From positions 1-52,133 of IMG/VR virus record IMGVR_UViG_3300036791_000029: a stretch of 52,133 bases of DNA; one strand, given 5' to 3'. Below the pieces are notes generated by a model. That model saw nothing but the letters and a program-made list of their open reading frames with translations, searched no databases and had not been told where the DNA came from. Shown here piece after piece: positions 46,125 to 52,133 of the stretch. Each line of letters starts with the position of its first letter. Position 1 is the first letter of the stretch. The stretch is from a virus (taxonomy: Duplodnaviria > Caudoviricetes). The translations under genes were made by a program, and so were the position numbers.

Positions 46125-47201
46125 TTACGCAGCAGTCTTGTCGTCAACCTTTTCGCCACGCAAACGAGCAATGTATTTCTGCCTAGCAATAGCAGATGAA
46201 CTCTGAGGTATAGTCTCTACATTGTCGCCAGAACGATCAAACCTAGAAAGTTGATTTGTTACTTTCTTGGTCTTGTCTTTCTGCGCCTCAATAGTCAGAT
46301 CGAAAGCAGAATCAATATAATCTTCTGACTTCCCATCCAACTTTAGTTCTGGACGTAACTTGCTCAGAATATTGGTCTTGATTACTTGGTCAGCATCATC
46401 ATCGTCAAACTTGACCTTGTGCTGTCTAGCAACATCTTCTAGGTCAAGTCTAACTTTGACCACCGCTCTCCCAGCTTCTCGCGCAGCCTTGAGTTCTTTG
46501 TCGAAATTAACAGTAGTATTCTTGAGCGTATCACGCTCAGCCTCTACAGTATCAAATCGTTTCTGTAGAGCGACTAAAGCATCTTGTGCTTTAGTCAAAG
46601 CATTATTGACTTCAGGTGAGGCTTGATAGTCAATGCCATCCAGCCTTACAGTAACAAGCTTAGTCTCAGTCATTTCGTTCTCCAGTTCAAACGATCCATG
46701 GACGGCATCAGTAGAGTCAAGCCTAAGTCGGGCATTACCAGCACGACCTTTTTTAACAACGGCAAGATGATTATATCGTATGTTCTTTTGTATAGAATCA
46801 TATCGTTTGCCGTCAATTTCTCCCGGTGTGTTATCAACGTCACATTCGTAGCCAAGTGATAGTTCCCGTTTGTCTCCAAGTCTTGAAGGATTATGGATGA
46901 TAACATCTGCTACTACATTCGTTTCATCTTGTGTACCTGGACTAGTAACGGTGCCAACAATACCATCAACATTTGAACTATTAACCAAGCCACGATGGCT
47001 ATCAGTAATAGGTATCCCAGCAGCACTAGAAAGACTTTCAGCCGCGAATACTTCACTGTCTGGTCTATATTCTCTTGTTACTTTACCATTCACATCTCGA
47101 TATTCAAAGATGCCTGACCGAGTAATGACTGGACGATCACGTATCCATCCTTCCTTTGATATTGCTGCTTTAATTTCTATTACATCATATCTAGTTGTCA
47201 T
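46125..47201 (-). CDS. DUF2213 prohead protease-scaffold
   Basis: GIFEY, PITDSH, ELSLGY, NHLAVVKKGRAG; coiled-coil C-terminus. Confidence 0.9.
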   Translation of the reverse strand: MTTRYDVIEIKAAISKEGWIRDRPVITRSGIFEYRDVNGKVTREYRPDSEVFAAESLSSAAGIPITDSHRGLVNSSNVDGIVGTVTSPGTQDETNVVADVIIHNPSRLGDKRELSLGYECDVDNTPGEIDGKRYDSIQKNIRYNHLAVVKKGRAGNARLRLDSTDAVHGSFELENEMTETKLVTVRLDGIDYQASPEVNNALTKAQDALVALQKRFDTVEAERDTLKNTTVNFDKELKAAREAGRAVVKVRLDLEDVARQHKVKFDDDDADQVIKTNILSKLRPELKLDGKSEDYIDSAFDLTIEAQKDKTKKVTNQLSRFDRSGDNVETIPQSSSAIARQKYIARLRGEKVDDKTAA

Positions 47202-47377
47202 TGATTTCGTCCTATTTGTCTAACAGCATTCCAAAATTTCTGCGCAGCCTCAGTCAAAGTCAAATCATCTGGTATATTTACTTCACCAGTTTTCATATTA
47301 ATTTGAATGCCACTACCACCAAATGTCAACCATGACATATCGGTTATTGCTACTAAACCAGTAGATTCATGCGTCAT
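47198..47377 (-). CDS. Small hypothetical protein (59 aa, not in ORF track)
   Basis: MTHESTGL...AAQKFWNAVRQIGRNQ; GAGGA RBS; ATGA overlap with next gene. Confidence 0.6.
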   Translation of the reverse strand: MTHESTGLVAITDMSWLTFGGSGIQINMKTGEVNIPDDLTLTEAAQKFWNAVRQIGRNQ

Positions 47378-47543
47378 TTATAAATGTCCTCATTTCTTCA
47401 TCAGTAACAGGCAATCCTTTATCTCTCTTTTCCCAATCATGCATAGCGATATAGAATGGCATATTCAATTTAGATGCACACTCCAGCTTTAACCATCCAC
47501 TAGGCCATTTCTCTAATGGAATATTTGAAGGATGTCTAAGCAT
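47367..47543 (-). CDS. Small hypothetical protein (58 aa, not in ORF track)
   Basis: MLRHPSNIPLEKWP...FINDA; overlaps both neighbours. Confidence 0.55.
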   Translation of the reverse strand: MLRHPSNIPLEKWPSGWLKLECASKLNMPFYIAMHDWEKRDKGLPVTDEEMRTFINDA

Positions 47544-48390
47544 CTTCCGTTTCCATTAGACTAGCTTCAACACCAATAGCCTCAGGCAATACTGGTTCTG
47601 CCCAACAACGACATTGATAGTCTTCACCAGGTTCATTAAAGTCAGTATCTCCTGGCGGATTACCCCATTGGAATGTTTGCCCATCTACCTCTGCGTGAGT
47701 TTCTCTAACGCGCTCATCTCCTACTGTGCGCCATACATAACTATCAACACCAATATCTTGTTGTCTTTCACTAGTAAGTTTGCCATTCAATTTAGCAACT
47801 TGATCTCTAGCAATAAGGTCACATCTACTATCAGTAACATCTAGTCTTTCATCAAATACATCGTATATGTCTGAGGATAAATCCTCCTGAGTTTGACCAC
47901 TCATTAATGCCTCTCTGGTCATATCAGATATTTGTCGTAACGTCTTTGCTGGTATATCTTTTATGAGCGCAGCATTATTGAATGACCAATGATCCAATAG
48001 ATCACGATAAGCAGCAGGGTCTTCAGCAGTAGGATTAACACCATATTGCGATCGTATCAGTTTCGTCCATTCTGATTTATTGTATTGATTTACGCGCGGA
48101 CCAATTGCACTCATACGCTTAATAGTTGCGTTAGTAGGCTTAACCATATCCTTGGCTATATCAGTCAAAGCTTTATTCAAATCATCTTGCCAAGCATCTT
48201 GCCTAATATGTCCACCCGCAGGATGAGATGTATCAGTAATTTCTTTGGTAGCATCTTCAACAATTGGATGTAGATAATGTTTGACAGCCTTCCGCATTTG
48301 GGCATTAAGCCAACGCAGATTGCGCCGATACTCATATTCCACTCCTATGGGATACTTCATAGGAACAATCTTTTTGCGTTTGCGTGGCAT
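47536..48390 (-). CDS. Head morphogenesis protein (SPP1 gp7 / Mu gpF family)
   Basis: LIARDQ, YVWRTVGDERVRETH, PGEDYQCRC. Confidence 0.92.
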   Translation of the reverse strand: MPRKRKKIVPMKYPIGVEYEYRRNLRWLNAQMRKAVKHYLHPIVEDATKEITDTSHPAGGHIRQDAWQDDLNKALTDIAKDMVKPTNATIKRMSAIGPRVNQYNKSEWTKLIRSQYGVNPTAEDPAAYRDLLDHWSFNNAALIKDIPAKTLRQISDMTREALMSGQTQEDLSSDIYDVFDERLDVTDSRCDLIARDQVAKLNGKLTSERQQDIGVDSYVWRTVGDERVRETHAEVDGQTFQWGNPPGDTDFNEPGEDYQCRCWAEPVLPEAIGVEASLMETEDA

Positions 48391-48479
48391 CAATGATAAA
48401 CTTTAGTTGTTACTACACAAAGCCAAACAGCAAAGACGCCGATCGCTATACCTCCAATAATTGATAAAGCATACCACAT
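48390..48479 (-). CDS. 29-aa transmembrane microprotein
   Basis: MWYALSIIGGIAIGVFAVWLCVVTTKVYH; TGATG overlaps at both ends. Confidence 0.55.
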   Translation of the reverse strand: MWYALSIIGGIAIGVFAVWLCVVTTKVYH

Positions 48480-49915
48480 CATTTTACTGGAACTTGTAGA
48501 GTTGTAGTATTTACTCCTGGCGGCTGTGACGGATCAGTTGGAACATCCATCTGTGTTACATCTACATTAGCACTATAGTTCAGTTCCTCTGGGAATGTAG
48601 GCAACTCAGGATCAAACTCATACTCAGCATACATATCCTCTACAACAATCTGTCTAACCTCTTCTGGAGACAATATTTGATTATCCATAAATGCTACTAG
48701 TGTTTGCTGTCTAAAGTTATCAGCTTGCTCTTCAACTAAGTCTTTGTCTGCTTCCTCTTTGGCTGTCGGCACCCACAATGGATTAAATGTAATGTGCCAA
48801 TCATCAGGTATGCTATTCTTGAGCTCTTTCTGAAGCCACAATATAGATGTTAGCTTTTCCAAAGGTGGTCTAACAATTACCTCTTGAATATGAGCGACCA
48901 TTACATAATGAGACTCAAGATCACCAGCATTAGTTTGATTAAGTCCTTTTGTTGACTTACCAAATAACATGTTCTCTTGGAAGCCAGTAGATGCTGCTAA
49001 TGCTGTTTGGAACTCTTGTAGAGCAGCTTGTATACCATCAATACCTGGACTTTGTACTGCGTAAGTATCATCTTTATCTACAACCACAGAGTTCAAATTA
49101 CCTCTGACCTGGTCTACCATATTGATACGTTTAATGGCCATAGCATCATCACCATTAGCCAACATTTCACCTAGACCAGACATATTGTATACTGCTTGTT
49201 GTTTCCTTTCCAACAGACGTTCTGTCCAATCTAGAGCGCGCTCATATCGTCCAATATCTTTGGCACAGCTTTCTAATACTGATCTACCAGCCCATGGGAT
49301 ACGATTATACTTCATCATATTGGGTGGCATAGGCTCACCAGGCACTGGTATTAGTCTAGTTTCATGTATCTCAAAAGTTTGTCCTTCTGATGGCGTAATC
49401 TGATAGAACTCTGGTTTCCCAAATGTATCAGGATCATTTTGATCTGTATAGTATTTCTCTGTGCCATGTATACTTGTTATATCATACACTCTAATTTCAT
49501 TAATTGTATCTAGATTGTCTGTATTAAGCGGATCAGTAAAGTCACCACCATCTTGGGCAATAAGGATTAGAGCAGCACCACCGTATAGACGCGACCATCT
49601 AATAGCATCAGCCATTCTTGTTAGTACAGACAAACGATCATATTCATCTTGCATTACTTCATCTTCATCATTCTCTATTTCAATGCCGCGCTGAAACGAG
49701 TCATCAGCAGGCTTATCAACTATCTTTTGTGCTAATCCACTAGTGATATATAGATTTGTTAGTTCAAATACTGACCATCGCAAAGACCAATAACGAGATA
49801 GTCCACGCCCCAACCAATTGCTTGTTTGGAACGTTGTAGATGTTCTATCAAGACTTGGAACACCAAGTCCAGACAATAGATTAGCATAGCCATCTTGGCG
49901 TCTAATAGCATTCAT
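48479..49915 (-). CDS. Portal protein (DUF1073-like)
   Basis: WSRLYGGA, IHETRL, LFGKSTKGLN, FNPLW; follows TerL. Confidence 0.9.
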   Translation of the reverse strand: MNAIRRQDGYANLLSGLGVPSLDRTSTTFQTSNWLGRGLSRYWSLRWSVFELTNLYITSGLAQKIVDKPADDSFQRGIEIENDEDEVMQDEYDRLSVLTRMADAIRWSRLYGGAALILIAQDGGDFTDPLNTDNLDTINEIRVYDITSIHGTEKYYTDQNDPDTFGKPEFYQITPSEGQTFEIHETRLIPVPGEPMPPNMMKYNRIPWAGRSVLESCAKDIGRYERALDWTERLLERKQQAVYNMSGLGEMLANGDDAMAIKRINMVDQVRGNLNSVVVDKDDTYAVQSPGIDGIQAALQEFQTALAASTGFQENMLFGKSTKGLNQTNAGDLESHYVMVAHIQEVIVRPPLEKLTSILWLQKELKNSIPDDWHITFNPLWVPTAKEEADKDLVEEQADNFRQQTLVAFMDNQILSPEEVRQIVVEDMYAEYEFDPELPTFPEELNYSANVDVTQMDVPTDPSQPPGVNTTTLQVPVK

Positions 49916-51303
49916 GACGATAATGCCAAGTAACGTTCATATTGCGATACACCAGCGATACATTCTAGATAGGCACCACTACTGGCGTCAATATAATCAT
50001 CATGATCACCCTCAGGAAAAACAGCCATTTCCTTCAAGTAATCATTCACCCACTGGCCTTCAACTATGTCAATATTACCAGCTTGCCATTGCGCAGATAG
50101 TGGTTCTGCCCTCGTTTCTTTTGGTCCAGTTTCTCTTACTGACTTAGCCTTGAAGCCGGCAAGATGAGAGATGAGACTTGCTGATTGATCCTTTCCAGCC
50201 TGTCCTGGATCTTGTGGCACGACCGTTGTAACTCGTTTATACTTGTTACGATCCTGCCAAGCAGTATTAAGCAATATATCACGAACAATAGAAGCATTAT
50301 GTCTAATGCTAATACCATCAGCAATACATATGCGGCCATTCTCTCTGCGACCCATTAATACTGAAGCTGTAGCACTAGGCGAAGGATTAACTTCACTAGG
50401 TTCTGTGGCAGCCAAATCCCAGCGACGCACCCACATCTTCACATCAGTAGGAACAGCAGGAATAATCTTGGCCATTACTTGAGGGAAATAAGAACCAGCA
50501 CTAGGTCTAATCTTCCAATTACCATGTAACAGACGTTCACGCTCAACTCTAGTCATCATCTCTAGGTTGGCACGATAGTCTGGGTCTTGTTCGTTCAGAA
50601 TAACATTATCTTCTAATGTTGCCGGAATGAATGTAAATGACTTAGGCAACGACGCAGGGAATTTATTGAGTAACTCCTGGCGCGTGTCAGCCCAAAACAT
50701 TTTATCATCAAATCTGACAAAGTAACGAATAATGCCACTTCGTTCTAATATTGGGTAACCAGTATCTTGATCAATCCACCAAGAGACTAGATCAGCAACC
50801 CAAGAGTCAGCATCAGGATTGCAAGTAGCACGTATATACGGTCTAACACCACACATCGAACGATTACGAGACAGCATATACCAAAATTGCTTCTCGGTGA
50901 AGTGAGTAAGCTCATCATATCCAATGAGTGGTATCTGCGAGCCTTGCCAATCCAGCACATCCTTTTCTTGGTTGAGATGGCCAAACGTTATTGTCGATCC
51001 ACTAGGGAAAGACCATGAACGATATGGACTTTGTTTTGGTATACCATCTATACGCACATATATGCCGAAACTTGTATCAAACAAACCACCTTCTGAGGTT
51101 ATTTGTACAGCTTCACGACGGAATATGACTGCTCCAAAGTCACTATTGTCGAGGTGTCGGCATGGTTCTAACAGTAATGCGTATGTTTTGCCGCCTCCGG
51201 CTGCACCTCCATATATGGCTATGTCAGCACTAGTAGACAAGAATTGTTCTTGTGGTCCAGGTTGCGGACCAATATCATTAGTATCATCAAATCCATCATA
51301 CAT
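49912..51303 (-). CDS. terL: Terminase large subunit
   Basis: GGAAGGGKT, IGYDE, ATCNP, WDLAA, HDDYIDA; ORF open to 51324. Confidence 0.95.
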   Translation of the reverse strand: MYDGFDDTNDIGPQPGPQEQFLSTSADIAIYGGAAGGGKTYALLLEPCRHLDNSDFGAVIFRREAVQITSEGGLFDTSFGIYVRIDGIPKQSPYRSWSFPSGSTITFGHLNQEKDVLDWQGSQIPLIGYDELTHFTEKQFWYMLSRNRSMCGVRPYIRATCNPDADSWVADLVSWWIDQDTGYPILERSGIIRYFVRFDDKMFWADTRQELLNKFPASLPKSFTFIPATLEDNVILNEQDPDYRANLEMMTRVERERLLHGNWKIRPSAGSYFPQVMAKIIPAVPTDVKMWVRRWDLAATEPSEVNPSPSATASVLMGRRENGRICIADGISIRHNASIVRDILLNTAWQDRNKYKRVTTVVPQDPGQAGKDQSASLISHLAGFKAKSVRETGPKETRAEPLSAQWQAGNIDIVEGQWVNDYLKEMAVFPEGDHDDYIDASSGAYLECIAGVSQYERYLALSS

Positions 51304-51304
51304 A

Positions 51305-51622
51305 TTATGCCGCTTCCCCATCAATAATTTTGACAGGAGTATTCATGCGGCCATTGTCTGGTAAATATACTTTGACCCTACTAGAACTTTGGTTCGCACT
51401 AGTATCGTCATTAATGTACACTGTTTGACGTGGCTTGCCATATGCGCGATTAGACACAAACTCCATTAGACGAATGCGATCACCATGTGACATAGATGGA
51501 TCAGCAAACATCTCGTCAACTTGGCGAAGGATTGTGGGTGTGCGTTGACGACATTCAGTCATCATTTCGCGCAAGGTATAAATGCGCGCTAGCTCAGTGT
51601 GAGGATCGAAACCATCAGGCAT
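51305..51622 (-). CDS. Putative terminase small subunit
   Basis: Upstream of TerL; identical protein to 111..428. Confidence 0.6.
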   Translation of the reverse strand: MPDGFDPHTELARIYTLREMMTECRQRTPTILRQVDEMFADPSMSHGDRIRLMEFVSNRAYGKPRQTVYINDDTSANQSSSRVKVYLPDNGRMNTPVKIIDGEAA

Positions 51623-51671
51623 TACATTGTGACGTCCACCAGAATAACATTACGTACAAGAGACGTTAGCG

Positions 51672-51700
51672 CGTATATACCATCGTAGTTGCGCAGTCTA
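51672..51700 (-). promoter_or_regulatory. Putative late promoter (right haplotype)
   Basis: TAGACT-17nt-TATACG. Confidence 0.45.
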
Positions 51701-51770
51701 GTCACTAACTTTATTCTCGCGATAAGTTTACCTATTCCTAATTCGTTCTCTATAGTTACTGACGAAACTA

Positions 51771-52133
51771 TCACGTAGATACGTTCGTAGCTACGTTGTT
51801 TTTAGCCTGCGGAACAAACAAATCCTTAAACCAGTCATATATCTCCCATTTATCTTCTGTGAACTTTACAAGTTGTTCAATTTTTATTGGATGCTTAGGC
51901 ACACTTAACCATGTTGACCAATTACCACAACGCAATACTCCAAACTTTGTTATCTCATCGCGATAATCATAAAAGCCAAGAAACAAAAAACAAAAGCCTC
52001 CTGATCGTTGCCACTTAGCTAACCAAGCAGCTTGATCAGCTGTTAGTTCTGAAACTCTAAATGTTGTAGCTCTAAATCTATGTTCTATAACTTTGAGTTC
52101 AAACCATACAATACGCGAGTTGTTGATTTGTAT
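51771..52133 (-). CDS. PD-(D/E)xK nuclease allele, 5'-truncated by window edge
   Basis: Homolog of 778..1239 with IEHRFRAT in place of IQYKFGAS and a different C-terminus. Confidence 0.75.
   Translation of the reverse strand: MQINNSRIVWFELKVIEHRFRATTFRVSELTADQAAWLAKWQRSGGFCFLFLGFYDYRDEITKFGVLRCGNWSTWLSVPKHPIKIEQLVKFTEDKWEIYDWFKDLFVPQAKNNVATNVST

Larger units (their letters stand above)
51198..52133. repeat. Right copy of imperfect terminal overlap
   Basis: Homologous to 1..1140, 204 bp shorter. Confidence 0.95.

Noticed and set aside
1241-50681. GCCAGGAG as only a Shine-Dalgarno or an oriented stoperator
   Set aside because: Only a few copies precede starts (e.g. 17505, 38453); most are intragenic and roughly 40% or more are antisense to transcription
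1-52133. Prophage/temperate lifestyle, tRNAs, alternative genetic code
   Set aside because: No integrase, host flanks or cloverleafs seen; genes are full length in the standard code and use TAA, TAG and TGA as stops

Overview
The window is an essentially complete ~51.2 kb tailed dsDNA phage genome with a contractile (myovirus-type) tail. Its ends overlap imperfectly: 1..1140 corresponds to 51198..52133 but is a different haplotype. No integrase, clear repressor, tRNA, rRNA or CRISPR array was seen, so it is probably lytic. An alphaproteobacterial host is a weak inference from promoter style, a PEP-CTERM gene and the primase type. Layout: (i) leftward primase, VirE-like helicase and nuclease genes (778-5771); (ii) a ~1.1 kb non-coding region, then a rightward array of small early genes (8487-13248), each unit preceded by a ~90-115 nt structured repeat ending in a near-identical RBS, the first containing a type III hammerhead-like ribozyme; (iii) replication and nucleotide metabolism: SSB-like protein, FAD oxidoreductase, ThyX with altered catalytic motifs, two MazG/dUTPase-like proteins, DEDDh exonuclease, DnaE-type polymerase, SNF2 helicase; (iv) a leftward morphogenesis and lysis arm (23879-51622). 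The most unusual signals are the covarying two-state hairpin repeat, the hammerhead candidate, ~55 exact copies of the octamer GCCAGGAG spread genome-wide, a candidate base-modification cluster, and a central spike fused to a collagen/foldon/S74 fibre. Family assignments come from recognised motifs, not searches; counts were made by hand.
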